Below, piece by piece: positions 37,201-50,700 of a DNA stretch of 60,855 bases. The stretch comes from Chlorokybus atmophyticus. Lineage: Eukaryota; Plantae; Mesostigma and Chlorokybus algae. Location of the stretch: NCBI GenBank assembly GCA_009103225.1, contig RHPI01000863.1:1-60855 (forward strand), read 5' to 3'. The number at the start of each line of letters is the position of its first letter. Positions within the stretch are counted from its first letter, which is position 1. A model generated the notes under the pieces. That model was not told where the DNA came from. It worked only from the letters and a program-made list of their open reading frames with translations, and did not search any database. The position numbers were made by a program, and so were the translations under genes.

Positions 37201-37320
37201 CTTGCAATGTTGGCCAAAGCAAAAGATAACAGCAAATATAACTCAATTTGGAGTGGTGCTCCACCATGGTACACATGTTGTGATGTAAGGCACACATTTA
37301 ACAAGCCCCCGTTCTCAGCC

Positions 37321-37555
37321 NNNNNNNNNNNNNNNNNNNNNNNNNNNNNNNNNNNNNNNNNNNNNNNNNNNNNNNNNNNNNNNNNNNNNNNNNNNNNNNN
37401 NNNNNNNNNNNNNNNNNNNNNNNNNNNNNNNNNNNNNNNNNNNNNNNNNNNNNNNNNNNNNNNNNNNNNNNNNNNNNNNNNNNNNNNNNNNNNNNNNNNN
37501 NNNNNNNNNNNNNNNNNNNNNNNNNNNNNNNNNNNNNNNNNNNNNNNNNNNNNNN
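37321..37555. other. Assembly gap (N run)
   Basis: Ns. Confidence 0.99.
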
Positions 37556-40500
37556 CCCCCCTTTAGCTTCTGGGTAGGTTCAGCTCTAGAGCTCAGCTGC
37601 TACCACAAGTGTAGAGGTCCCGTAGCGCGGCAGTCTCCTGCCTGGAACCTGCGATGTCGTTTTTTGTAGAAACCACTGCGCACGCGCTTGTAACGCAGCG
37701 TGTCACGATGCTGCGCGACGCGCAAGTTGTTGGCCATGGGGGTGTGCTCGAAATGGGCCGCATGCGTTATAATGTCATAATGCATCCAATCGGGGTCATC
37801 GAGGTTGTTCACCACTTGATTCACCTCCTGCTATGCACGGAAGGGAAGCACTGGCTGTTGTCCAAACAGCAAGTAGTGTGGGCTAAATTCGCGGAATGCT
37901 GCTTGCTTTGGCAGTCGATACCTGAGAGCCACCCACGGCGGCCATCGGCTTGAGGGTGGTCATTGTGCTCGCTGACTGTGCGTTTAAAACCGGAATGTCC
38001 CAACTCAGTGTGGAGGGCAGCGATGATGCCCTCATGTGTGGCTGGTGTCGGCACTTCCTTGTCGTCATCATGAAGACAACGATACAAATAAAGAGAGCTG
38101 GCCACTCTGCAGGGAAGAGAGGGGATAAGTTGTTGAGCCATATGTCCTGTCTGATGTCGGTGGGTGCAAGCTCTGTGTCATCAATCTCTGAAATAACGAC
38201 ACGAGTGTCTTCTGCGTTTGTTGCAGGGCAGGTTGGCTCAAAGGCAGGCATCTCCTCTGCATCGACTGTAACAGCAATGTTGGTCTTGCGCCCCAACCGC
38301 AGCACGGCGGCAACAAACATGGCAGCCAAGAGAGCGCCGCGGTTGACCAAGCTAGTTACACGGGTAGAAATGATGGTGGTTATGGCAAGTGACGGGGTTG
38401 TGCCTTACGACCAGGGTCAAGGATATCAGCGATTAAAAGGTCGCGAGGCCGCGTACTGCGTGTGTAGGATTGTCGTAAGCTCTTTTGTGGCGTCCAAATT
38501 TGTCCATTTGGCGCGGACACGGTGTGTGCATAAGCCGTGTCATGCTGCGTTCACCTTGAGTGGGTGCCTAAGAATTTGGCACACCTGCCTATAGCTGGAG
38601 GCCACGTGCAGACGCTTGTCGTCCTCTGAGTGCACATTCTCGATGTACCCCAGCGGCCTTGCGATCTGGTGCTATTGGAGGAGATGGATGATTCTCATCA
38701 ACTCCCAAAACAATCCTGCGTGAGGTCTTTTAGGCCTTGGCCTTTTCCTGTTGTGGAGTGTGAGTCTTTGGCACTCTCATCCTGATATCAAGTTCATGTT
38801 GCCGAGAGCCAGTAGGTGGTCCTTGGTGATCAGCCGGATGTCCTGTGGTAATGCTTTTAAAGTGCCTTGCAGTGCCAATAAGGGCACTATGGGTAGCGCT
38901 TATGTAGCTGTCGCAGGCGGTGCTTGAGGGTTGTGTGTGCGTGGGGGTTGGGGTCACAGTAGTAGTACTTGGTGACTTTGACCCCTGTGTTGAGAACGGC
39001 GGCGAGACCACTGCTGATGCCTCATAGCTCCAGCAATGTGGTACCCTGCAATCGCCAAAAGGTTTGAAACTCCATCACCCCATGTGTGGCCACCATGTGC
39101 TGATCTCGCACCTTGCCATGTCCCTTGGAGTTGTTGGAGCGCGAAGTGAGCAATGGCTGAGTCAGCGGGTGCGCATCCACATGTGCCCGCTAGCAGCGTT
39201 TGGACGGGGTCTTGCAATGCCACCATGGCATCCTCTCGCTCCTCGCTGTAAAGAATGGGAGCGGAGTCATTGGCGCGACACGGAGCTGCCGCCACGGCAG
39301 CGACTCTGGTGCGAGTGCTGTTGTATGTGGCCGCCGCAGCTTCTTACGTGCACCCATGGTTACGAGTGGCTATTGCAGCCACCCTGCATGGGGCATGCGC
39401 ACGTGCCACCAACTCAAGAGGCAGGAATCCCTATACCTCCCCATCATCTTCATCTCAATGAGGCCGCAATCAAGCCCGCTCTGTCCAGCATTTAAGGCCC
39501 ATGCCCACAGGGAAGTTGAAGTCTTATCCAAGCTAAAACCGAAGGAGCCGGCGTTAGTGACCACACATTGCTGCGTGATCTCAGTGGTGTGGGTTGGGTC
39601 TAGCCCTATCAACCATACCTATATGGAGAGTGTTTCATGACTCTCATCACCCTATCCCGACTGCCGGTGGCAGTGTCCAACACATATGGGCAAGGCGCTA
39701 GGTTTGCCGTGATGATGCCCGGGGATTGAGCGAGGAATCGCTTGATGATGACAGGTTGTGCTCCGGTGTTCAGCATCACCCGCGTGGATGCCAAGCCATT
39801 GATTGTGACATGCTTGCCTTGATTGGCGATCATGGCCGCGTTGGCGTTGATGCGCAGCCTTTTTGTGTGGGTTGTTGGCATCAGTGTCTTTGGTCTCTTG
39901 GCTAAAGGTGCTGAGCGCACAGCAGCTAAAGCTTCTCTACGTGCTGGGTCTTGAGGACCTCCTTTCTGCCCTCTCCCTCTGCCTAACCGGCCTTGTTGTG
40001 GTGGCTGGTAGACGCAGGGAGGTCTTGCCATTGGGGGTTCTAGTGCTGGTTGAGCTGGAGGTGGTGGTGGATGCCGCCTCTGCAAAGCGGGGGTCATGCC
40101 TGCAGGTGTTCCAGTGGTTGTGGAAGGAAAGCTGGAGGACCCGGCGTTTGGGGTCCGCCCGACGTTCAACTGGTTCCGCATATAAGTCCATCGGACAGCG
40201 TGAGCTGCCTCTGTAACTAAGATTCCTTCCCATGTGGCCGTGGGCTCGGTATCCACATCGGGCCAATGGTGATACTGCGACATGGGCTGCAGATACACGG
40301 CGCGCAGCAGCTGTTGCCGCATGTCATGGGCGATGGTGGGGACCCTCTAGATCCGTGCTGTGACAGCTTAAACCCTTTTTCATAATTTACTGCATGTATA
40401 ATATGTGTTTTGCCCCTTTTTTAAGCTTAATAAAGGGTTTTCGGAGGCTTTATTGAGCTCTTCTAGCGCAGGCTCTACTGCAGCGCGACTTCGCCTTCGC

Positions 40501-42591
40501 CAGCAGCTGCCGACCTGCGGCGTGCTTGCCACCGAGCCAATAGCGACGTGACTGGCTCGCGGCATGTGACATTACACCTGACTAGGCACTGCCGGGTGAT
40601 GCAAACTTAGTCAGCTACCGCTATGCAGTACTTCACGACGCAGAGTGCATAGTCAGCTGCCGTGTGAAAGGTACCCAACGCCAGGGGCAGCACTACAGAC
40701 ATTGAGATTTGGTAAAGCGTGAATAAAATGCTTGGTTATTAACCTGCTTGGCTTTGGTGCTAATATAAATATATGAAAAACCCTATATAATACAACCAAC
40801 TTTGCTTTCTGCTCTTTGCTGTGGATATGCTGGTGTATGCTTGACAGAGTTGTGACCCAAAGCACACTGCTGCGTTCTTACTTGGCGTGAAAAGTAGTAG
40901 TGTTCGTGTGCGTTCGTGCGCGGAGGAAGGCAAGGTTCCGGTGTGAAGACTGTGCTTACTTGCACACACGTATTGTATGACTTGTGTCATGTGCATGTGA
41001 GCACGAGCATCGTTATAGTGGTATTGGAGCCCTTTGAAAGGTTGGTGTTTTTGTTATAAAGGGTATTAACCATCTCTTTGATGTGCGAGGTATTTTTCTG
41101 CTATGGACGCTACCATGGATGATGCATGTGTTGTAGAGCTCCAGCTCCAGCAAGTGCTGGTGGCTGCTCATGAGGCAGCGTGTCCAAGCATCTGCCCAAG
41201 CTCAAGCGGCACAATCTTAATAAGCCATGGCGCAAACGCGCGCGTCCACATCCGTTATAGCTCATTTGGTTGCTCCATCAGCCTTTCATCATGTGAAGCT
41301 ACCAAAACCAAAGCCATTCAAGGGTCAAAGGGACGGTGATTGTGGCGAGGAGTGGGTGTTTGCCATTTTTACAAGGTTGAAGCTCACCAAGGTACCCATA
41401 CATCTCCGTGTCGATGTGGCTGCTACTTTTTTTGAGGGAGCTGCACTTTTGTGGTGGCGTCATTGTTGTGCTCGTATGGAGGCTGGTCTTGAGGTTTCTT
41501 TCACTACCATGGCTGAGGTGGCTGCTGAAGTGAAGAAACAGTTCGTACCAGTGGAGAGTGTGAAGACGGCATGCGACCAGCTTTCTACGCTTGTGCAAAC
41601 GCAGTCTGTGATGGCCTATACCTCTGCGTTTCAGCGTCTTGTGCTCTCTGTACCCAATATGGCTGAGAGGGAGCAGCTAGACCGTTACACGCGCGGGTTG
41701 AAGACTCTTTGTCGCAAGGAAGTTGAGCTTCGTGACGCCAAGACTCTCGCGGAGGCCATTGGCATCGCCGAGCCTACGGACGTGTTGTACTTCAAGGGGA
41801 TTGCCAAATACGCTGTTCGTGGACACTTCAATAAGTCTCGTGGAGGTGTATCGCTCGTACGCATCTGTTGAAGCTGGTTTGGGAGCTGCAGCTTATAGGG
41901 CTGGTTCGGGGCCGATTTTAATGGAGTTGGGTGCTCTCCATGTTTCCAAGCAGGGGATAAGGGGTTGAGAAGACTCCAAGGCAGTTATAAAGTGTTGGGA
42001 GTGCTCTTACGTTGATCATGTGCGCTCTAGGTGCCCCATTTGTAAGGCAAAATCTGCTGCACATGCCCGCAACGCTCGCGGCGGTGGACGCATTAACATG
42101 GTGGAGGAGGATAAGTTGCAGCCGGCAAACGGCTCACCTGAGTAGCTGGAGAGGCTCCAGCTGGGGTGGTGATGCAGCCTCACTATGATGTTGAATGTCC
42201 AGCGGCTGGCGTGGAAGCGTTGTTAACGGTTGGCGGCATGTGCGCAACTCAAAGCGGTATGGTTCGTGTGCCCGACAAGACGAGGCCGTTGGGAGTCATG
42301 GCTCTAATCCGTGAGGGCAATGGGCCTTGGATGGAGTGTAGGATGCTAGTGGATTGCGGCGCGAACAGCAACCTCATGAGTCGCGAGGTTGCGCATCGGC
42401 ACAAGTGGCTGTCATGGGCAAATGCTGGCTCAGTGGCTCTAGCGAACGGCTTTGCGCCAGTAGGATGAGCTGCAAAGCAAAGAGCTCGAGATGCACGTGG
42501 GGATGATGAAGGTCGTCTACGGTTTTGCTGCATCGGTGAACAACGGCGTTCATTGGCATATTGGAGCTGTCGGGGGGGGGGGGGGGGGGGG

Positions 42592-42801
42592 NNNNNNNNN
42601 NNNNNNNNNNNNNNNNNNNNNNNNNNNNNNNNNNNNNNNNNNNNNNNNNNNNNNNNNNNNNNNNNNNNNNNNNNNNNNNNNNNNNNNNNNNNNNNNNNNN
42701 NNNNNNNNNNNNNNNNNNNNNNNNNNNNNNNNNNNNNNNNNNNNNNNNNNNNNNNNNNNNNNNNNNNNNNNNNNNNNNNNNNNNNNNNNNNNNNNNNNNN
42801 N
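42592..42801. other. Assembly gap (N run preceded by a G run)
   Basis: Ns. Confidence 0.97.
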
Positions 42802-45132
42802 GCTTTACATATAACCCCGTCATTGATTGGAGGAAGCGCGTGCTCGCTGCCCCGGAAGCCGGTGGTGAGGTTTTGGTGTGCTTTAATGCAAGGCGAGTGC
42901 GTGGTTCAAAATCGTGTGAGCTGTGGTGTTGAGGCTACCTAGCAATGTGCCGCATACGCGTGTAGCGCACGACATAAAGGCGCACCAGCAAGCTGCACCA
43001 CAGTTGCTTCTTGCTCAAGGGGAGAGATTCCGAAGCTGGTGTCACGAGTTTCAAAGACCGAGATGGAGCAGATCTGGTCCGGGAACGATGTGAAGGATGC
43101 ATGGCTGTGCATGGTGCGTGAGACACCTCCCAAGTCGGACTTGAAGCTGGTCGGCACCGTTTTGGAGAATTTGGAGGACCCCGAGGTGCAGAAATTGCTT
43201 AAGGAGTTTTAAGATGTCATGGTGGATGGGCTACCAGCTGGTCTGCCACCCACGCAAAGTGTTGATCACCGTGTGGAGTTGATTAAGGGCGTGCACAAGC
43301 CGCCGTATCCAGTGTGGCAATGTGTCAGATTGTCTCCGGCTGATCTTGAAGAGGTGAGGAGCCACGTCAAGGACCTTCTACAATGTGGGTACATTAGGCA
43401 CAGCAAGTCGCCTTACGGTGCGCCTATCCTATTCATATGTAAGAAGAGCGGAGCCTTGCGCATGTGCATTGACTATCGGCCACTCAACAACATCATTAAA
43501 AAGAATGTATTCCCGCATTGCCACGCATTTATGAGTTGTTGGAGCAGCTCGAGGGTGCTGAGTTCTTCTCAGGCTTGGACCTAGCTGGTGACTACCATCA
43601 GACGTGTTGCGCCCGAAGACGTTGCGAAAACAGCTTTCAACACTCGCTACGGCCACTACGAGTGGTTGGTGATGTCCTTTGGTATGACAAACGCTCCGGC
43701 CACCTTTACAACCTTGATTAATGAGGTGTTTACTGATCTGATTGGAAAGGGTGTGCTAGTGTACCTCGACATCCTAGTGTACATGAAAAGCAAGAGGGAG
43801 CACGTGGCGCTGCTACATGAGGTGATGCAACCTTTACATATACACAAGTTGTTCACTGAGCTCAACAAGTGCCACTTCTTGCTTGAGGAGGTAAAGTACC
43901 TTGGCCATATTGTTTCCAAGCAAGGAATCAAGGCGGACCCGAACAAGATTGCCGCGATGCGCGATTGGGCTGCTCCGAAGGACGTGAAGGATGTCATGCC
44001 GTTCCTAGGGCTTGCCGGCTACTATCACAAGTTTGTAAAGGGCTCTCACACTTTGCGGCACCGTTGACGGCATTGCTAAGGACGGGGGTGGCTTGGAGCT
44101 GGTCGGAGACTTCAACGAAGGCACTTCTGACTTGAGAGAGGCTCTGACAACGGCTCCCGTGCTGCTGCATCCCAACATGCAATTGCCCTTCATGGTGGCG
44201 TGCAATGCGTCCGACAAGGCCATCGGGGTAGTTTTGCAGCAAGATCATGGCAATGGCTTGCAACCGGTGGCCTATTTTAGCAGGAAGATGACCGGGGCTG
44301 AGCTCAACCACCCCGTTCCTGAAAAGGAATTGCTGGCGCAGGTGCTAGCGTTACGGCAACGGCGTTGTTTTCTCAAAGGCAAGCGCTTCACACTTGAAAC
44401 GGACCACTCCCCATTGAGGTACCTTCAAACCCAACCTCATCTCTCGCGTGGGCAAGCTCGTTAGCTTGAAGTCTTCCAACTCCTTTGATTTTAAAGTAAA
44501 ATACAAGCCCGGCTCTTCAAACAGGTGGCGGACGCGTTCAGTCGCCAACTTAATGTGCTTAAAATGGTGGTGCAATCGAAGCCCGAGGGGTTGGACCAGA
44601 TCGAGCCTTATTGGACGCGGTAGGTGACAACACTATCAAGGTGCTAGAGAATGGGACTGAGCATAGTGGTATTTGGGCATTGAAGGGGGTTAGGGTTAGA
44701 GTTAGGGTAGGCTGCCAAGGCATGGCAATCGCATGTACATACCCAACATTACACACATGCGCGTAGCATTGGTGCGAGAAGCGCATGACGTGCCGTTGGC
44801 TGGTCATTTAGGGCTGGAATGGACGTTGGCCTTGTTTATACAGAGATTTTTCTAGATAGAGATGCATCGTGATGTCAAAGACTATGTGGCGTTGTGCGAC
44901 ACTTGTTAAAGGGTGAAGGCGAGCAATTAACGCGTCAGCGGGCTGCTCCAACCATTGCCGATGCCATTAACGAAGTAGGAGCAAGTTATTCTCGACTTCA
45001 TTATGAGGCTGCGACGGACACGTGAAGGGCATAATGTATTAATGTATAATGTATAATGTATTCACCATCAACAACCACAAGAGTGCAAGCATGGGCGTGA
45101 CACCTTTCCTCATGAACTACGGGCAACATCCA

Positions 45133-47727
45133 TGTTGAAAATATTTCTGCATCTAGGTTAAACGGTCACCTTGCCCTCTACATAGGAATAGCCGCTAGAA
45201 GGTTTGAGACAACTTAAGTCAAGCGGTCCAGCGCGAGATAGTTTTTGGCGCGTCGGCGAGTTCGGAGTCTGGAGACTTCCAGGCGCTGTAGTAGAATAAT
45301 TGTATCTCGGTGCTAATTGACTATTTGACGTGTGCTATAGCTTAATGGAAAGCTGCTGAAGCTAGCTACGTGGCGCAACTTGGAGTGCAGGTTATGGTTG
45401 AGCGTGCTAGATGCAGTAGCTTCTGATGTAGAAGCATGTGTAGCTGGCGGGTATACAATCCGTGGACATGATGGCAATAGATGGTCTTGTAAGGTCTCCT
45501 TACGCTGGTGTTGGCGTGCACTTGTGCATATGTATGCTTGTCATCGTCCATCTCAACAAGTTATGGGCCTACACATGCTTGTGTAGGTTGTAGTGAATTG
45601 AATCGCTTGAGAGGGTGTGGATGCTGTGTGAGTAGTAGGTTGCAAGCTCTGCGAGTAGCAGAGGGGCAACGAAGGTCACAAGCATGGACGGCATCGAGTA
45701 CATAATCGACCCACTGGACGTTGACAACTACAACATCTGAAGTATGAAGATGGCGCTGCTACTAGCCCACAAAGAGTTGTGAAAGTATGTAGACCCGAAG
45801 GAGATTGTTTCCGTTGCTGAGGCGAGTGTTTGTGCGTCTCGAGGGAGGAAGGCTCTGGCGCTGATTGGCTTGCACATTGCAGACCATCACTTGGTGTTGG
45901 TGAGGGAGTGCAAGGATGCAAGGGAGCTTTGGACAAAGCTTGAGAACCACTTCAAGGCGTAACATGGCGAGGAGATACAACTGAGGTAGGAGCTCAACTC
46001 GTTGCGCAAGGAGAGCAAAGAGGCCATTATCAAGTTCATGGCACGCGCGAAGGCGTTGTGGAAAGACTTGCTCGGTGTTGGCCATGAGCTCAAGGAGGTG
46101 GAGATTTTTTGGGCTGTGCTCTCAGGTTTGCCCACGGAGTATAGGGTTGTTGTCACTATCTCGAAATTGTCACCGGACTTGTTGTTGAATGAGGTGACGC
46201 CACAGCTTCTTCAAGAGGAGCAACACTTGAGGAAAGAGGATGAAGTAGAGAACGGAGCTGAACCCGGTGGTGTGGCATTTACGACTTCATCGAGGCATGC
46301 ACATGAGAAGAAGGGCGCTCGAGGCAATAACGTGGAGTGTTGAAACTGCGGGGAGCGTGGTCATGTAAGGAGCAAGTGTCCCAAGCTGAAGAGGACGAGG
46401 GTGATGGCGAGGAGAAGGTGTGTGCGATTCATGCATCTGATGAAGGAGCGGAGTATCCTGGGTGGGTGCTGGATTTGGGAGCGAAACAAGCATCTAAAAC
46501 GCAACGGGAGCAAGCTAATCAACCTCACTCCGTTGACTGAGCTAGTCACGGTGGACTTTGGGAACATGAAGATGCTGGATGCTGTTGCAAAGGGAGACGC
46601 CAACCTCAGGTGCAAGGTTGATGATGTAGTTAAGAAGATTGTGTTTAAAGATGTACTGTATGTGCAAGGTGCATCTGCTAGTTTGTTCTCAGTACGTGTA
46701 GCCTCGAGGGTTGGTGCGAAAGTTTCGTTCGATGCAGACAAGGCCAAGATAGTGCTTGGGGGCGTCACATATGTGGTAAGCATCAACAAAGGCAGACTCT
46801 ACTACGTTGAGGAGGACTGTAACAGTCAAGGCCAAGTTTCATGATTTTATGACCTTTTGGCCCATTGATTAAGCACCACGTTTTCATGACTTGTGCCAGG
46901 TATTGGCGAATTATGCGTTTGCCGCGGATATCGACCGGGGCATCAATAAGGGCGGACTCTACTACGTTGAGGAGGACAAGACGCACAAGGATGTTGCAGC
47001 GATGAAGGTGGTTGAGAAGGGAGCATTCAAGACACCACAAGGTCAAGGCAACAAGGAGGCAGGCTGAAGATTGCTGTGAAGCGGACAAGCTCGCAGTCCG
47101 TGGGAGCTGCAAGGAGCTACAAGCAAGTGGTGGAAAGAAAAGTGGCTAAGGAAGGGCCAAGAGCTATCACAGGGCTGGAGTTGCTATCTCAGAAAGAGAG
47201 GTGCAGCAGGCGCGGGGCGGCAGCGAGCATGTGCAGCAAAAGAGCAAGGGGTTGAAGGTCAACCAGGAGGCTCAAGTTGCTGTGGAGGACAAGTCCCTCA
47301 AGGCGAACCGATTCCAAGCGCTTATGGGAAGCATGGTGAAAGAGGTGGAGCAAGAAGGGAAGGTGAAAGGCTTCTTGGCAATCGCGAACAAGAAGAGGAG
47401 CAAGGCTACTACGAGAGCTAGCGGCACATGAGCTACAAAGGCAAAGGTGTAAAGGCCAAGCTGCCCGTGGGAGTGTTGAAGATATTCCTACATTTAGGTC
47501 AGACGGTTAGCTTGCCCTTTGCACAGGAATAGCTACGTGGAGCAACTTAGGGCGCAAGTTAGGGTTGAGTGTGCTAGATGCAGTTGCTTCTAGAGTAGAA
47601 GCATGTGTAGCAGGCGGGTATAAAACCCGTGGACATGATGGCAATAGCTGGTCTTATATGGTCTCCTGACGCTGTTGTTGTGGCGTGCACTTGTGCATGT
47701 GTATAGTTGTCATCGTTCATCTCAACA
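45133..47727 (+). mobile_element. Non-autonomous Ty1/Copia element, copy 2
   Basis: LTRs 45133-45558 and 47474-47727 (internally deleted); perfect TSD ATCCA; PBS AGTTATGGGCCT; gag and PR remnants colinear with copy 1. Confidence 0.92.
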
Positions 47728-50700
47728 ATCCATTGACGCCATTAACGGCGTGGGTGCCTTGCACATAAAGTTTCAATGTGGAGGCCGTGGATGGCTTTCT
47801 TGAGAGGTGTGCGAACATCACCAAGGCAGCTCCGGAAGCTTTTATTGTGGCACAGAACCGGCAAAAGCAATATGCCGATGCGCGTCGCAAGGATGTTGTG
47901 TTCGAGAAGGTGACCTTGTAATGCTTTCAACCAAACATGTGCAACTGGTCACGTGTGCGTAAGCTGAGTGAGCGATGGTTAGGGCCCTTAAAGTTCTCTA
48001 GGTCATCTCGCAGGTGGCCTACAAGCTGGAGCGTCCTGATACTTTGCGTGCACCCTGTTTTTCCATGTCTTGCTCCATAAAGTTATTGAGAAGAGCCATT
48101 ACTCTCTATTGAGGGTATGCTGGTGTGTGCTTGAGAGAGTTGTGATCCAAGGCACATGCTGCGTTCTTACTTGGCGTGAGCAGTAGTAATGTTCGTGTGC
48201 ATGTGTGCGCTTGACGTGCGCGGAGGAAGGCAAGATTCCGGTGTGAAGACTGTGCTTACTTGCACACACGTGTTGTATGACTTGTTTGCTGTGCATGTGA
48301 GCACCAGCATCGTTACACCTGCCATGTAGGCATCCTACCTTCCTTGGATCTTGCCCACATCGAGCATTGTTATGGCGCGTGCTCGATAGATACCCTGAAG
48401 ATTGGGCTAATGTGCGTGCAGCTCATAAGCAATGGCAATGCGCCGCCGCTATCGTGCTGCTTCTGTTCTTGACAGCCGCAGCAGTGCCTCCTACACTCCC
48501 CTCCATCGTCAGAGCTGTGGTAGCAGCTTTACTAAATGCTTGTTGCAGTGAGCGCATGAACGCCCTCAGCCATGATGCTCTGTTGCCAAAGGCAATTATG
48601 GAGATAGCGATGAGGTTGGCAACAAGCCAAGTCATTAGTTGTGTCCGGGTCGCGCTGCGTTCTTCCATCCTCAGCATCCGCCTCAGTGCACTTCCCTCGA
48701 GCATGTGCAGCATGACTGCTTGTCGTGTGAGGGCGGTACAGAGTTGTTGCTCTCCTACCATACCAGCTCCTCTTCATTGTGTATTGCCCCCCTATGGAGA
48801 GAGATAGCCCTGCCCTGCATCTCGCTAATCTTCAAGCATATCCTTAACCCAAGAAGGCAGCATCGGGGCGAATACCCCCCTCTATTATTGTGCCAACGCC
48901 CTCGCTTGGTCAGCAACAGTTGCTTGCCCTGCGGCGCTGTGGACGCCGAGGGTGATATCAATGCGAGTGCAGTAGTGGTGCCGGCGACGGTGGACGCCCT
49001 TGCAATTGGTGTGGCTACAGCGCGTGCTGCTGCATACGCTTGCCGTCTTGCGTCAATCTGCGCCGCCTGCTCCAGTTGCCAGTGATGTGCTTGTCCAAGG
49101 GCAGAGACCCGCTCATGACGGCTGCCTTGAAAAAGACCTTAAAGGGCTGGGTCCGTGCCCCGCGGCATTGTTGATGTGGCCGCCACGAGGTCTCTCGTAT
49201 AAAGCGGCGTTATAGCTCTTATGGTTTCAATGTAGAAGGCTTAAATCCATCAATCTGTTGAGCGAGCATTGACAGGCGTGATTGACTGGGTGCCTCCTGC
49301 AGTTGTACATGCAATGCCCAAAACAGTTGGATGGCCAGCTCCAACACAAAAGGCCGTTGATGAGTGATGCCAAAGATGCGGTTTTGCATCTCTAGAGCAC
49401 TGCCAGCAAGGATTTCGTCCTTCAGTTGTTGCTAGGTGGCTTCCGGCAGTGTGTGATACTCCGGTGCCGGATGCGGGAAGATGCGGTCATTCGGGCAACA
49501 TATGTGGTACGTTGCCCCCCTTGACTATATGCAATAATTGTGGGCTCGATGTTGCGCAACACGAATGCCCAAGTGCGCTCGGCTTGAGGGCCACGTGGAA
49601 CTTTTAAAGTGACATCAAGATGTGGTGGAGGGGCCGCTCGACCCAGCAATAATGCCGCGCCTGTGACGACAAGAGCCGTCGAAGGTGACGCAACGTCGGC
49701 TGTAGGTGCGGTTTAGGCAACTGTAGCCAACATGGTGTCTGCATTTGCGGTGAGGGTGGCGCCAACAACATTCGGGTGTGCACCAGCATCTGTGGATGCC
49801 AACTTCGAAGTCGTTACTGTCCCAAGTATTCTTGTACTTGCTGCAGCGGTTGGAGTGTGTTGAAGGACTAGCATGCACATGTAGCTGAGACAAGCATGGA
49901 TACACATGGACAGAGCTACCGCCACCAGAGCATACACAAGTCACATCACATTCATTTATTGCAAGTTGTCCGCTGGCTCTTATACCAGCCGCTTATACAC
50001 GCGTCTACATTTGCAAGCACTGCGAGAATTGTACTTATTCATTTGCGGCGTTGTAAGTTGCGCTGTCTGTCTCACAACCAGCTTTCCAACAAGCTTTCAC
50101 ACGCTTTTTAAGGCTTAGTATGCACTGAGATACGAAGTATCTTGTAGGCGCCTAGTTTAGAGTCCGGACTTTGGCTGAGCGATGTCTTGCCAAGTCCAAA
50201 GTCCACGTGCTCCGCCTTACGAAGTTTTCTACTCTAGTGTGGGAGGGGTCGATGCTGATCGTATGTAGGAATACTCGCAATGGAGTGGATGCTGACGGTG
50301 TCGACGAAAGGGTCATGTAAGTGATGGTTGTGGCCGTCGAGACAGCCCCATTCGCTGTTTCTAACGACGCTCTTGTTGACGATGCGCTAGCCTCTCTGCG
50401 CACACGTCGCGATGGCTAAATGCGCGATGAAGTGTCTCTCTCGTGATTCGGTGCCATTAGTTCCCAACGGGCAAAGTAGCAGGCTTGTTGGTCCTGCTCT
50501 TCGTTCTCTTCCAACTGTGCCACACGAGCCATGAGGGCTGTAACTTGGTCAACGGTTGGGTTGGCTGGTGCTTTTACAGCAGCAGCTCCAGCGCAAGGAC
50601 ATCCCTCAGGTCCTCTGCGTTGTAGAGGGTTGTTCTTCCCTCCGTAGCCTGCATCCTCTTTGCGGTTGCTGGCATCGTAGTTGTTGAGGTTGTGGCCACC

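Larger units (their letters stand above)
40359..48317 (+). mobile_element. Ty3/Gypsy element G2 (related to G1), interrupted by Copia-2
   Basis: 5' LTR 40359-41017; PBS TGGTATTGGAGC at 41019; gag 41227-41871; PR, RT, RH, IN remnants 42166-45130; truncated 3' LTR about 48100-48317; TSD CGTGC/CCTGC in copy Z. Confidence 0.88.
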
